Positions 1-10,013 of a DNA stretch of 17,522 nucleotides are shown here, in pieces (position 1 is the first letter of the stretch; every line of letters starts with the position of its first letter). Below the pieces are notes generated by a model, which searched no databases, was not told the DNA's origin, and saw nothing but the letters and a program-made list of their open reading frames with translations. Origin of the DNA: Sulfurimonadaceae bacterium (GTDB lineage Bacteria; Campylobacterota; Campylobacteria; Campylobacterales; Sulfurimonadaceae); the NCBI GenBank assembly GCA_041571435.1, contig JBFFUI010000041.1, positions 1 through 17,522 on the forward strand, written 5' to 3'. Position numbers and translations under genes: made by a program.

Positions 1-2
1 AA

Positions 3-224
3 GAGAATGAATCCCTGAAAAAGCTCCCCGGAGAGATCGAAGAGCTGGAGGCACAGATCGATGCGCTCAATGCCTGCCTGGCAAACCCGGACTGTTATGG
101 GGAGAGAGGTATTTCTGTGGTTGCCGGCGAGCTTTCAACGCTGGAAACACTCTACGAGGAGAAAGTCGAAGAGTTGCTTCTCATCGAAGAGAAGGTCGAA
201 TCGATCGAAGCGCAGAAAGCCTGA
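3..224 (+). CDS. 3' end (partial) of ABC-F family ATP-binding protein (Uup-like C-terminal coiled-coil domain)
   Basis: Manual translation of frame 3: ENESLKKLPGEIEELEAQIDALNACLANPDCYGERGISVVAGELSTLETLYEEKVEELLLIEEKVESIEAQKA*, stop TGA at 222-224. The LP.EIE.LE..I..L...L..PD.Y pattern is typical of the ABC_tran_CTD of Uup-type proteins. The 5' part lies outside the window. Confidence 0.8.
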   Translation, partial: ENESLKKLPGEIEELEAQIDALNACLANPDCYGERGISVVAGELSTLETLYEEKVEELLLIEEKVESIEAQKA

Positions 225-227
225 TAT

Positions 228-878
228 ATGAACTGCAAGATCTGCCAGGAACCGACAATCCCGTTTTACGACGACTATATGAAGTGCCAGACCTACCACT
301 GTAGGAGCTGTGAGTTTATCTTCAAAGATGAAGAGGCAATCATCACCGAAGAGCGGGAACTCAAAGTCTATCAACAACACAATAATACCGAAGAGAATCT
401 CGGTTATGTCGCCATGTTCCAGGACTTTATCGACAAAACGATCACCCCCAACGCAGACCAGATCGAAACGGCGCTAGACTTCGGTTCTGGACCCAACCCA
501 GTTTTGGCCGGAATTCTGGAAAAAAACGGCATCAAGACCGACCATTATGACAAGTTCTTCTCACCTCAAAAGGTCTATGAGGAGAAGCGCTATGACCTTA
601 TCACCTCGACCGAAGTTCTGGAGCACATCAGTGACATACAAGGGGTGATGCGACTTTTTGTCAACCATCTCAAACCGAACGGTTACCTGGCGCTGATGAC
701 GCAGTTCCACGCTGATGATCCGGAGGCTTATCTGAACTGGTGGTATCGACGTGACCCGACCCACATCCTCTTTTTTAGACCGCAAAGCTTTGAGGTTCTG
801 GCAAAACAGCACGGGTTTACGTTGCGCTTTCATGATGCAAAAAAAGTCATACTACTACAAAAAAATAGCAGTTTGTAA
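228..878 (+). CDS. Class I SAM-dependent methyltransferase with N-terminal zinc-ribbon
   Basis: 216-aa ORF with N-terminal CxxC...CxxC (CKIC, CRSC), SAM motif I ALDFGSGP, and YDLITSTEVLEH and LKPNGYL motifs. Starts 3 nt after the upstream stop. Confidence 0.9.
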   Translation: MNCKICQEPTIPFYDDYMKCQTYHCRSCEFIFKDEEAIITEERELKVYQQHNNTEENLGYVAMFQDFIDKTITPNADQIETALDFGSGPNPVLAGILEKNGIKTDHYDKFFSPQKVYEEKRYDLITSTEVLEHISDIQGVMRLFVNHLKPNGYLALMTQFHADDPEAYLNWWYRRDPTHILFFRPQSFEVLAKQHGFTLRFHDAKKVILLQKNSSL

Positions 879-893
879 AATCTGTACATACTG

Positions 894-902
894 TGCTACA
901 AT
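894..902 (+). promoter_or_regulatory. Putative extended -10 housekeeping promoter (TGcTACAAT) for the downstream hypothetical gene
   Basis: TGCTACAAT in the AT-rich intergenic region about 44 nt upstream of ATG 946; matches the TGnTAnAAT consensus of Campylobacterota. Confidence 0.5.
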
Positions 903-945
903 GATGTAAAATCGTAATATAAATCCGTCATTGAAGGAATATACT

Positions 946-1359
946 ATGTCAGAAAATTTGTCTATAGGGATGCTTTTTAAAGAGGCTCTGCGCGAGTTCA
1001 GCGAAAAGCATAAAGACGACGAGAGTGTCTGCGGTGTCAAGATCGATCTTCGATCACAAGGTATTGATCTGATTGTCGGTATCCGGTTTATTGAAGGCGA
1101 GTGCCGATATTCTGTCTGCACCGCAGGTACAAACTGTGAAAGTGCTGAGGACAGTGACTTTGAGCTTCTTTCCGATGCGCTGAAGAACATCGGCGTAGAG
1201 AGTAAAAGCGGTGCTGTCATCATGATCAAGCGCAATGCACAGGTCGTCTCAACAGAGGAAGGGTGTTCCGCTATTGAAGATGCGCATAAGGAAGAAGCAA
1301 CCTCAGACGAAACCCCTAAAAAACGCGGCGGTCTTTTTGGTCTCTTTGGCCAAAAGTAA
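946..1359 (+). CDS. Hypothetical protein (137 aa), Cys-containing, with C-terminal amphipathic tail
   Basis: The ORF track starts at TTG 931, but AAGGA precedes ATG 946, the more likely start. No recognised family; ends KKRGGLFGLFGQK. Confidence 0.7.
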   Translation: MSENLSIGMLFKEALREFSEKHKDDESVCGVKIDLRSQGIDLIVGIRFIEGECRYSVCTAGTNCESAEDSDFELLSDALKNIGVESKSGAVIMIKRNAQVVSTEEGCSAIEDAHKEEATSDETPKKRGGLFGLFGQK

Positions 1360-1365
1360 TCTTTA

Positions 1366-1659
1366 CTATTTGACGTAGTCCACTACTTTGCTCAAAGTGG
1401 TCACCTCTTTGATAAAGGCGACCACTTCCAGATGCGCCGGATGTGTCGCATATTCGCTTAACCCCTCTTTTGTCTCAAATGTCGAGATCAGCGAGAGGTC
1501 CATTGCTCTCTCGCTCCCGTTAAAGTCTATACCGATCTCCATCGAAAGCAGAGGTTCAACCTTGTCAACCAAAGCCTCCAACATCTCTTTTGCCTTGGCG
1601 ATATTTGCGGCTTTGTTCTCTTCTTTAAAGTCAAACATTACGATATGTACGATCATCAT
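1366..1659 (-). CDS. Dabb family protein (stress-responsive A/B barrel)
   Basis: MIVHIVMFDFK...DLSLISTFET...L..YATHPAHLEV...VVDY is the classic Dabb signature. AGGAG RBS upstream; the second ATG at 1656 may be the true start. Confidence 0.9.
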   Translation of the reverse strand: MMIVHIVMFDFKEENKAANIAKAKEMLEALVDKVEPLLSMEIGIDFNGSERAMDLSLISTFETKEGLSEYATHPAHLEVVAFIKEVTTLSKVVDYVK

Positions 1660-1807
1660 TTCTCCTGGTTTTTCATTGCGAGAATTTTACCCAATATTGG
1701 CTACTATCATGATATGAACGCAGTTTACAGTAGTATTATCATCTTTTTATACTTTCTCGGGCTCTTCTGTTCAGGGCTTGTCAACAACGATAGCCGGACA
1801 ACATATT

Positions 1808-3232
1808 GTGGTGTCTGAACTTTCTGATTTATACATCGCTTTTGTCGAAGCGCCGCTGGAATTTCTGACTATTTCGGGTGTCTTCATCTTTACCGAGGTT
1901 CTGATCATAGCGACCCTGCTGCACATGCTTTATCAAAGGCGTTCCCCGACCAGCATGATCTCCTGGCTTCTGCTGATGGTGCTTGTTCCTTACTTTTCCG
2001 TCTTGCTCTACTTTCTGATCGGTGTTCGCAAACGCCCGGACAGAAAAAGCAAATCATCGCTCCAGATCAACAGTGTGCGCACGCCCGCAACAAAGCAAAA
2101 CAGTATTGACGGTATCTTGCGTTCAAACGGTATTGCCGGTGTGAGCAAAGAGAACAGTTTTGAGCTGATCACTGACGGTATCAAGGCTTATAGCACGCTC
2201 ATGAATTCGATCAACAACGCGACAGAGAGCATCAGTATCGCCACCTACATCCTGAAAAATGATGCCGTCACCAAAACCATCATTGATGCCCTCATAGATA
2301 AAGCGGCACAGGGAGTCCGGGTACGGCTGCTTATCGACTCACTGGGCTCCTACAAACTCTACTTTTTTCAAAGCCCGCTTAAAAAATTGCGAAAAGCCGG
2401 CTGTGAAGTCCACTTCTTTATGCCGCTGTTGCGCCTGCCGTATCGTAACTATATCAATCAGCGCAACCATCGCAAGATCTATCTTTTTGACGAGTCCACC
2501 TTGATCACAGGGGGGATGAACCTCTCCGATGAATATATGGGGCCTTCCGAGCATCCTGATCGATGGAAAGATCTTCTTTTCAGGACCCAAGGGGATGCTG
2601 CCTACCAGTATGCCCAGGTCTTTGAAGCGGACTGGTCCTATGCTTCAGGCGAGAGGCTTCGTGCTGCCGCACTGCCTGTTGATAAGCGCTATGGCGATGC
2701 CTATATTCAAGTCGTACCATCGGGTCCCGACATCGAAGGCGATGCCCTTTTTGAAGCGCTCATCAGTGCCATTCATACGGCACAAGAGCGTATCTGGATC
2801 GTTACCCCCTATTTCATGCCCGACGAAGTGTTGATGAATGCATTGAAGATTGCGAAGCACAAAGGGATTGATGTCAAGCTGATCACACCAAAGTCGACCG
2901 ATTATCTCATCACTGACCTGAGTCGCAGCTCGTACATGCGTGAACTCGAGGAGAACAATATAGACCTCATCTTGTATAATAACACTATGCTGCATGCAAA
3001 AGCTATCTTGTTTGACAAGAGTGCTGTGATGATCGGTTCTGTCAATATTGACGACCGTTCTCTGTTACTCAATTACGAGGTCGTCAGTTTTGCCTATTCT
3101 GCCGCCATCATAAGTGAGATAGAGCATTGGATGCTAAGCTTTATGCGCCATGCAGAGGAGCGAATGCCTAAAGTCTCGAAGATTCGTCGTATAATAGAGA
3201 ACTTCATGCGTATTTTGGCGCCACAACTGTAA
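1808..3232 (+). CDS. cls: Cardiolipin synthase (phospholipase D family)
   Basis: Two HKD motifs (NHRKIYLFD...GGMN; LHAKAILFD...GSVN), N-terminal TM/PLDc_N segment, VQVVPSGPD-like motif (IQVVPSGPD) and IWIVTPYF. Start uncertain (TTG 1778, GTG 1808 or 1811). Confidence 0.92.
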   Translation: MVSELSDLYIAFVEAPLEFLTISGVFIFTEVLIIATLLHMLYQRRSPTSMISWLLLMVLVPYFSVLLYFLIGVRKRPDRKSKSSLQINSVRTPATKQNSIDGILRSNGIAGVSKENSFELITDGIKAYSTLMNSINNATESISIATYILKNDAVTKTIIDALIDKAAQGVRVRLLIDSLGSYKLYFFQSPLKKLRKAGCEVHFFMPLLRLPYRNYINQRNHRKIYLFDESTLITGGMNLSDEYMGPSEHPDRWKDLLFRTQGDAAYQYAQVFEADWSYASGERLRAAALPVDKRYGDAYIQVVPSGPDIEGDALFEALISAIHTAQERIWIVTPYFMPDEVLMNALKIAKHKGIDVKLITPKSTDYLITDLSRSSYMRELEENNIDLILYNNTMLHAKAILFDKSAVMIGSVNIDDRSLLLNYEVVSFAYSAAIISEIEHWMLSFMRHAEERMPKVSKIRRIIENFMRILAPQL

Positions 3233-3253
3233 ACAGATCAAAAGGGAGAGAAA

Positions 3254-3988
3254 ATGTTCATTCCGCGGATATTTCCACAAAGACTCAAGCACCAGGAGCA
3301 CTCTCTGAGAGAGACCTTCTCCCTTCTTGTCTGGAATGTCCATAAAGAGAACCAGGAACCGGCCTTTCAGGAGAGGCTAAAAGAGCTGCTGCACCATTAT
3401 CCAAGTGACTTCCTTCTTTTTCAAGAGGTTAAGCATCCTAAAACAACACCCTACTCTCTGCAGCACTACTCCTATGCTATTGCTAGCAACATTGAAACTG
3501 CAAAAAATATTTTCGGTGTTGTCACCGCCGCCAATATCTCTTTTGAAAAAGTTGACAGATCGATCTCATCGCAAAGAGAGATGGGTGTTGCCACCCATAA
3601 AAGTTTCCTTGTTACGCAGCACAGATTGAGCAATAATGAACTTTTTCACCTCATCAACCTGCATTCCATCAACTTTGTTTCAATAAAAAGCTTCACCTTG
3701 GAGTTGGACAAAATCAAACGCGAACTCGGTGCCATCAAAGGGCCGATGATCATCGGCGGAGACTTCAACAACTGGACTAAAAAGCGTATAAAAGCACTCG
3801 CCCTGTTTCAAGAAGAGCTGGGTCTGGAAAAAGCGGATGTTGATGAACATCACCACATCAAATCCATCTTTTCCAAACCGTTGGACCACATCTTCTATCG
3901 CGGTGTCAAGCTTCTTAAAGCAGAAGCGATCGACACAAAAAAAGTCTCTGACCACAATCCTATTCATGCGCTGTTCACGCTTGTTTAG
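3254..3988 (+). CDS. Endonuclease/exonuclease/phosphatase (EEP) family protein, YafD-like
   Basis: Motifs LLVWNVHK, FLLFQEV, INLHSIN, IIGGDFN, LDHIFYRG and SDHNPI; GGGAG RBS upstream. Confidence 0.9.
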   Translation: MFIPRIFPQRLKHQEHSLRETFSLLVWNVHKENQEPAFQERLKELLHHYPSDFLLFQEVKHPKTTPYSLQHYSYAIASNIETAKNIFGVVTAANISFEKVDRSISSQREMGVATHKSFLVTQHRLSNNELFHLINLHSINFVSIKSFTLELDKIKRELGAIKGPMIIGGDFNNWTKKRIKALALFQEELGLEKADVDEHHHIKSIFSKPLDHIFYRGVKLLKAEAIDTKKVSDHNPIHALFTLV

Positions 3989-4002
3989 CTAGAGGTTCTG
4001 AT

Positions 4003-5361
4003 CTATACCAGGCCGGACCAAAAGAAGTTGGCGATCAGGACGATCAGGACGATCCCGGCGATGTTAAGTAAAATCCCGTACTTCACCATTGTCTTGACAT
4101 CCACTGCCCCTGTCGACATCGCAACAGCATTGGGCGGCGTCGCGATCGGAAGCATAAAGGCATAACTCGCACAAAGCGTCGCCACCATCATAAAGAGACG
4201 CGTGTCGATACCGGTCTGTACAGACACCGAGTAGATCACCGGCAGCATGATAGAGATCAGTGCTGTGTTGGACGTCACTTCCGTTGTAAAGGTGACGATA
4301 GTAGCGACCACCAGCAGCAGCAGGATCGGAGCTAGCACCGTAAGATCGATGATGTAAGAGGCGATCTGATCGGCCAGGCCTGTTTCTGAAAATGCCCTGG
4401 CAATGGAAAAACCGGCACCAAAGAGTAGCATGATGCGGAATGGGATCTTGTTTTTGTCTGTCATCCAGTCAAGCAGATTGAACGGCGGGGCGAAGAGGAT
4501 CAAGCCTGCAGCCAGCAAGATCACGGGTTCGTTCATCCCCAGCCCGTCCCAATAGGGTCGTATGGGTGCATTGACCAGTAAGAGCAGCAACAGAGAACCG
4601 AGAACAAACATCACCTTTTTTTGATCCCTGTTCATCGGTCTGTGCTCAAAATCACGCTCTAAACGCACTTTGCCGACACCGATACTAAGTACTGATGCGA
4701 CCACGATGAACATGATGATCGAAAGCGGTGCAACCATCCACATCCATTGAAAAAAGGGAATCGTCTCCATGCCGTGTTCTTGCATAATTCCAAGCAGAAT
4801 AAGGTTTGGCGGCGTCCCTATCGGCGTCAAGACTCCGCCGACGCTTGCCCCATAGGCAATAGCAAGGGCAAAACGGAGTTTAAGTGTCAGCTCTTCTGAG
4901 AGGTAAAGTGCGATCGGGATAAGCAGCAGTGTGGTCGTTGTATTGGAGAGGATCGAGCTGAGCAGTCCTGACGTAATGGCCAATGAGAAGATGATCCCTC
5001 TGGCCGTGTTGGGAAAGACCTGCAGTACCTTCTCGGCGATCCAGGTGTGCAGTCCGCTCTTTTCAACGGCGATCGCCAACAGAAAACCGCCTAAAAAAAG
5101 GTAGATGATGGGATGCGCATAATTGACCGTTGTCGCCTTGGTGCTCAAAATTCCCAGGCTGGGAAAGAGCACAATGGGAAGAAGTGAGACGACCGCAAGG
5201 GCAAGTCCCTCATTCGTCCAAAGTGTCACTAGCAATACCAGTGTCCCCACCAGTGCCGACTGCTGATACGTTAAAAAAAGGGATCCGAATGCAAAACCAA
5301 ACAGACCTAGAAGAAAAGCGATCGTTATCTTTTTTATCTGTGTGCGTTGCTCGATCATCAA
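4003..5361 (-). CDS. SLC13/DASS family sodium:dicarboxylate/sulfate symporter
   Basis: Highly hydrophobic 452-aa protein with LSNTTT, GGVLTPIGTPPN, TEVTSNTA and AFMLPIATPPNA motifs. Confidence 0.92.
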   Translation of the reverse strand: MMIEQRTQIKKITIAFLLGLFGFAFGSLFLTYQQSALVGTLVLLVTLWTNEGLALAVVSLLPIVLFPSLGILSTKATTVNYAHPIIYLFLGGFLLAIAVEKSGLHTWIAEKVLQVFPNTARGIIFSLAITSGLLSSILSNTTTTLLLIPIALYLSEELTLKLRFALAIAYGASVGGVLTPIGTPPNLILLGIMQEHGMETIPFFQWMWMVAPLSIIMFIVVASVLSIGVGKVRLERDFEHRPMNRDQKKVMFVLGSLLLLLLVNAPIRPYWDGLGMNEPVILLAAGLILFAPPFNLLDWMTDKNKIPFRIMLLFGAGFSIARAFSETGLADQIASYIIDLTVLAPILLLLVVATIVTFTTEVTSNTALISIMLPVIYSVSVQTGIDTRLFMMVATLCASYAFMLPIATPPNAVAMSTGAVDVKTMVKYGILLNIAGIVLIVLIANFFWSGLV

Positions 5362-5366
5362 TCTCC

Positions 5367-6263
5367 TTAGCGTGTCAAAAGGTCATTGAGGCTTTTGAGC
5401 GGCTCTTTGCCCTCGAGAATGGCATAGACCTCGGCAGCGATCGGCAGATAGATAGCGCGTTCCTGGGCGATGGTATTAAGAGCATATGCCGTTCCGATGC
5501 CTTCTGCGACTTCGCCCAACTCCTCGAGTATCTCAGCTTGAGACTTGCCCGCTGCCAGACCGAGACCGACACGATAGTTGCGTGACATTGTCGAAGATGC
5601 TATCAAAAAGAGGTCCCCTGCACCGCTTAAGCCCATGAAGGTCTCATCGTCTGCTCCGAACTGTTTACCAAAACGGCGCATTTCAACAAGACCGCGTGAG
5701 ATCAGTGAGGCGCTGGCGTTATGACCCAGTCCCAGCCCTTCGCAGATACCTGCAGCGATCGCGATGACGTTCTTGTATGCCCCCGAAACTTCAGCACCGA
5801 TGACATCGGTAGAGACATAGGTGCGGATAAACGAAGGGAAATACTCCGTAAAGGTCTTGGCCAAGGCCTCGTTTTGCGAGTTGACGACCAAGGCGGTAGG
5901 CAACGCTTTCATCACCTCTGCTGCGAAAGAAGGGCCCGTAAGAAAAGCGAGGTTCTGTACCGGGACATGCTCAGCGAAGATCTCGTTTAAAAAACGGCCT
6001 GTACTGGCTTCGATCCCTTTGGCTACGACCAATATCTTCTGGTTATCGTAAACCAGGTTCTCTTCAAGCCAACAGGCCACCTGCTGTGCCGGGATGGCCA
6101 TCACAAGGTACTCCAGTTTAAAGATCTCTTCGAGTGAGACAAAGTTCTCTATATCACGTTTCGTACGCGAAGTAATGTAGACCTCGTTCTCAGGGTTTTG
6201 GCGAAAAGCAAAGGCGAGCGCCTGCCCCCACTTACCTGCTCCGATCACACCTATTTTCTTCAC
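5367..6263 (-). CDS. gpsA: NAD(P)H-dependent glycerol-3-phosphate dehydrogenase
   Basis: GAGKWG Rossmann motif, AKGIE, GPSFAAEV, KNVIAIAAG, GLSGAGDL, SRNYRVG and AEG; GTG start. Confidence 0.96.
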   Translation of the reverse strand: MKKIGVIGAGKWGQALAFAFRQNPENEVYITSRTKRDIENFVSLEEIFKLEYLVMAIPAQQVACWLEENLVYDNQKILVVAKGIEASTGRFLNEIFAEHVPVQNLAFLTGPSFAAEVMKALPTALVVNSQNEALAKTFTEYFPSFIRTYVSTDVIGAEVSGAYKNVIAIAAGICEGLGLGHNASASLISRGLVEMRRFGKQFGADDETFMGLSGAGDLFLIASSTMSRNYRVGLGLAAGKSQAEILEELGEVAEGIGTAYALNTIAQERAIYLPIAAEVYAILEGKEPLKSLNDLLTR

Positions 6264-6949
6264 TATATCGTCCTTTTAAAATTCTCTATCTGTTCATCAT
6301 AACCGATTACAACTAAAATATCACCGACGTCTAGACGGTGTTTGAACCCTCTTGACGTAAAGACAAATGAAGTCTGCATCGTCGCATCGACAACGGCAAG
6401 AACGATCAGATTCTCCTCGACTTGAAGAGAGACGTCGTACAGCGACTGGCCCACCAAAACCGAGCCTTCATTAATGGCTAACTGGACGGTTTTGAGTGCC
6501 GTCTCTTCCTTCAGAATATCGCTAATGATGCGGGTGACGACCGGTTTTTCCAGCACCTCGATGATCAGGTCGGAGGTGGCCTGCAATTTGGATATGACTT
6601 TATTGGCGCCGGCAAGATGCAGCTTGGAAGCGTGCTCATGCGTCGAGGCCAGGGCGATCAGACGGACATCTTCCAGACCATCTCTCAGTCCGATGGTTAA
6701 ATAGACGTTTTCGGCATCGTCTTCAAGCGCACAGATAAAAAGCGTCTCTTCCATGTTATAGTCACGGAAATCGTCCCAGTTGTCATCAAGATCGAAAAGG
6801 TCCGCTTGGAACCCATCTTTGATCGCCTCGGTCACGCACTCTTCATGCAGCGCATAGACTTTTACACTGCGATAGGCCTCTTTGACCTGATGCACGATCT
6901 CTTTTGCAAACTCCGCATAGCCAAATACGACAACGTCTAATGTCTTCAT
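6263..6949 (-). CDS. Stand-alone TrkA/RCK (RCK_N + RCK_C) potassium-channel regulatory protein
   Basis: Degenerate Rossmann start (VVVFGYAEFA), D..NVY...GLR, LHLAGANKVI and a C-terminal TrkA_C-like domain (SVLVGQSL...GDILVVIG). Overlaps the channel stop (ATGA, 6946-6949). Confidence 0.85.
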   Translation of the reverse strand: MKTLDVVVFGYAEFAKEIVHQVKEAYRSVKVYALHEECVTEAIKDGFQADLFDLDDNWDDFRDYNMEETLFICALEDDAENVYLTIGLRDGLEDVRLIALASTHEHASKLHLAGANKVISKLQATSDLIIEVLEKPVVTRIISDILKEETALKTVQLAINEGSVLVGQSLYDVSLQVEENLIVLAVVDATMQTSFVFTSRGFKHRLDVGDILVVIGYDEQIENFKRTI

Positions 6950-8562
6950 CGTAACCTCTTGTGTATAAAGAGTCTAAACTCGTTGATCATGGAGTGGTCC
7001 CCTACGACGATCATAATGTCCCCTGCGTTGATCGCTGTCTCTATCGGCGGATTAAAGATAAAGTTCTCCTCTTCCGGTTTGGAGAGACCGATCAGCAACA
7101 GACGATGCCTTCGGATATGCAACTCTCCGACATTGCCGAAATTGCCGGCGATACGTTCATCAACAACGATCTCTTCCATCGCCGTTCCCGAATCTTCTGC
7201 CCGCAGCATGCTCAAGGTTTCGAACGCCACCGGTCTACCGCTGTACTCCTTGGAAAGCAGTCCGATCAACTCCTGGGAATAGACGATGTCGTTCACACCG
7301 GCAAGATGCAGTTTCCGGCGGTTTTTCTTTTCGTGCAGCAGTGACAGTACTTTCGTCTGCTGGTCCATTGCACGCAATGTCAGCGCAGTATAGACGTTAA
7401 GAATATCTGTTTCTCGCAGCAAGATAACCGCTTTAACCTGCTTCTCGAAATCGATCCCCATGCTCTGGTATGTCGAGAGCGAAGCCGGATCCAGCATCAG
7501 ACCATAGAGCTGATTGTCCTTGGCCTCTTTGATGCGTCCGTAATCGGTGTCGAGTACAACTACATCCCTGCCGCTGCGACGCAGTTTTGAGGCCGTCTGT
7601 TTTGCGACGATACCGTAACCGCAGATAAGATAAAAGTGTTTCAGACGTTTTATATCGGCAAACATCTTGTTCTCGCGGATATCATCAAGCTTTTCCGTAA
7701 AGGCCGTCACTACGATCGATGTCGCAAACGAGATAACCGCGATCCCGGAGATGATCACAAAGATGGCGACCATCCGTCCCTCTTGAGTTACCGGGGTCAC
7801 GTCACCGTAGCCCACGGTCGAAATGGTAACGACAGACCAGTAGAATGCATCGAAGAGCGTATTGATCGGCGAGCTTGGATTGTTCGCTTCCATGACATAG
7901 ATCAATACCGAAGCGACAAAGACAACCACACTGGCAAAGGTTAGAAGCGTCAGTAACTCGAACTTCTTATGAGAGAGAATATAGCCGAAATACTGCATAT
8001 TCTGGGTATATCGGAAGATTTTGAAGACACGGAACAGGATGAATAGACGCAGCAGACGCAGTTCATGGAAGAATGGCATGATCGCCAATAGATCGATGAT
8101 AGCAGCAGGTGAACGGACATAGTTCCATTTGGCGGTAATGACTTTCAACAATGCATTACCGACACGGAACCGGCGCTGAAGCAGTTCATCTTTCTCATAC
8201 TGACTGATGATCATTCCCGACGAATCACTGATCACCCAAAAACGGAAGAGGTACTCGATCAAAAAGATGAGTGAAATGATATAGTCATTAAAGAATGCAA
8301 AAAAATCATGGGACTCATAACGTACTTCTCGGATCAAAATGATGACACTTGAAAAGATCAGTACCATCATGGCAAGATCAAAATAACGTTTATAAGGATA
8401 ATTGTTGTTCTCTAACAGGTCATAAAAGAAGTTTTTGGCACGCTTGTAGCGCGATGACGTTTTAAGAAAATAGGCGAGATCAACCAGTTTTTTGGCGATC
8501 ACCCCGGAAGGTTTATATTGTGATGATGAAGAGTTATCAGACACGTTCTGTTCTTCATCCAT
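6946..8562 (-). CDS. 6TM potassium channel with voltage-sensor-like domain and C-terminal RCK domains
   Basis: S4-like LRLLRLFILFRVFKIFR, pore helix and filter DAFYWSVVTISTVGYGD, and RCK HFYLICGYG. ATG 8562 is preferred over TTG 8565. Confidence 0.93.
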   Translation of the reverse strand: MDEEQNVSDNSSSSQYKPSGVIAKKLVDLAYFLKTSSRYKRAKNFFYDLLENNNYPYKRYFDLAMMVLIFSSVIILIREVRYESHDFFAFFNDYIISLIFLIEYLFRFWVISDSSGMIISQYEKDELLQRRFRVGNALLKVITAKWNYVRSPAAIIDLLAIMPFFHELRLLRLFILFRVFKIFRYTQNMQYFGYILSHKKFELLTLLTFASVVVFVASVLIYVMEANNPSSPINTLFDAFYWSVVTISTVGYGDVTPVTQEGRMVAIFVIISGIAVISFATSIVVTAFTEKLDDIRENKMFADIKRLKHFYLICGYGIVAKQTASKLRRSGRDVVVLDTDYGRIKEAKDNQLYGLMLDPASLSTYQSMGIDFEKQVKAVILLRETDILNVYTALTLRAMDQQTKVLSLLHEKKNRRKLHLAGVNDIVYSQELIGLLSKEYSGRPVAFETLSMLRAEDSGTAMEEIVVDERIAGNFGNVGELHIRRHRLLLIGLSKPEEENFIFNPPIETAINAGDIMIVVGDHSMINEFRLFIHKRLR

Positions 8563-8572
8563 CAAGAGACCT

Positions 8573-9997
8573 TTATCCTAGTTTTGCTTTGAGCATCTCG
8601 TTTACAGTTTGCGGGTTGGCGGTACCTTTGCTTGCTTTCATCGTCTGACCGACAAAGAAGCCGAAGAGCTTATCTTTACCGCCTTTGTACTGCTCGACTT
8701 TGTCACCGTTCGCAGCAATGATTTCATCGATGATCTTTTCAAGTGCACCGGTGTCATTCATCTGTTTTAGACCCAGTTTGTCAATAGCACTGTCAACATC
8801 ACTCTCGTTTTCCATCAGATAGTCAAGGACCTCTTTCGCCGCTTTACCGCTGATCGTCTTATCCTCGATACGTTTGACAAGGGTTCCCATCGTTTTGGCA
8901 TCTACAGGTGATGTGGCGATCGTCATGCCGCCTTTAAGACGACCCTGCAGCTCGACTGTCAACCATGTGACCGCATTCTTGGCACTGATACCTTCTGCCA
9001 GCATCGCCTCGAAAAAGTGTGCTGTCTCAAGCTCAGAAGTGATGACCGCCGCATCATACTCGCGCATACCGTATTCGGAAACAAGACGCGCCTTTTTCTG
9101 ATCCGGAAGCTCAGGGATGTTCGAATAAGTTGAGAACATATCATCCGGGATCACCGCTTTCAGCAGGTCCGGCTCCGGGAAATAACGGTAATCCGCTGCT
9201 TCCTCTTTACCGCGCATCGAGCGGGTCTCCTGTTTATTCTGGTCAAACAGACGTGTCTCCTGGTAGATCTCTTCATCATAAACACCGTCTTCCCAGGCAT
9301 CGACCTGCCGCTGGACTTCGATCTCGATCGCTTTTTGGATGAAACGGAAGCTGTTGATGTTCTTGATCTCAACACGCGTGTAGAGTTTCTCATCGCCTTT
9401 GGGACGAATAGAGACGTTGACGTCGACACGGAACGACCCCTCTTGCATGTTGGCGTTCGAAATGTCAAGATAACGCACTATAGAGTGCAGTTTTTTGACA
9501 TAAAGTACGGCCTCTTCGGCAGAGCGCATGTCCGGCTCGGAGACGATCTCCAGCAACGGCGTACCGGCACGGTTCAGATCCACTTTCGAGATGGCGCCGT
9601 CGTGAATGTTTTTACCCGCATCTGCTTCGATATGCGCACGGTTGATACGGATCGTCTTGCTTGTACCGTCTTCAAAATCGATATCAAGTGATCCATGCTC
9701 CACAACCGGTGTATAGAGCTGCGTGATCTGATACGCCGACGGGCTGTCCGGATAGAAGTACGACTTGCGGTCAAAAAATGAGGTACGGTTGATCGTCGCG
9801 CCGATCGCCGTTCCAAGCATCACCGACTTTTCGAGGACACTTTTATTTAATACCGGCAATGCTCCCGGCAGGGCCAGACAAGTTGGACAGGTGTTGACAT
9901 TGGGACGGTCATTAAAACTGGTCGGGCATGAACAAAAGAGTTTGGTTTCTGTATTAAGCTGAACGTGGACTTCAAGGCCGATAACGACTTCAAACAT
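8573..9997 (-). CDS. gatB: Aspartyl/glutamyl-tRNA amidotransferase subunit B
   Basis: [56 protein letters not shown] and [13 protein letters not shown]. Confidence 0.98.
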   Translation of the reverse strand: MFEVVIGLEVHVQLNTETKLFCSCPTSFNDRPNVNTCPTCLALPGALPVLNKSVLEKSVMLGTAIGATINRTSFFDRKSYFYPDSPSAYQITQLYTPVVEHGSLDIDFEDGTSKTIRINRAHIEADAGKNIHDGAISKVDLNRAGTPLLEIVSEPDMRSAEEAVLYVKKLHSIVRYLDISNANMQEGSFRVDVNVSIRPKGDEKLYTRVEIKNINSFRFIQKAIEIEVQRQVDAWEDGVYDEEIYQETRLFDQNKQETRSMRGKEEAADYRYFPEPDLLKAVIPDDMFSTYSNIPELPDQKKARLVSEYGMREYDAAVITSELETAHFFEAMLAEGISAKNAVTWLTVELQGRLKGGMTIATSPVDAKTMGTLVKRIEDKTISGKAAKEVLDYLMENESDVDSAIDKLGLKQMNDTGALEKIIDEIIAANGDKVEQYKGGKDKLFGFFVGQTMKASKGTANPQTVNEMLKAKLG

Positions 9998-10013
9998 TGG
10001 TTTCCTTGTGGAG

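Noticed and set aside
1691-1714. Two 10-bp palindromes (CCAATATTGG, TATCATGATA) in the divergent Dabb/cls promoter region
   Set aside because: Short and AT-rich; expected by chance and not assignable to a regulator.
4032-4054. 9-bp tandem repeat CGATCAGGA x2.5
   Set aside because: It simply encodes IVLIVLI in the last TM helix of the SLC13 permease.
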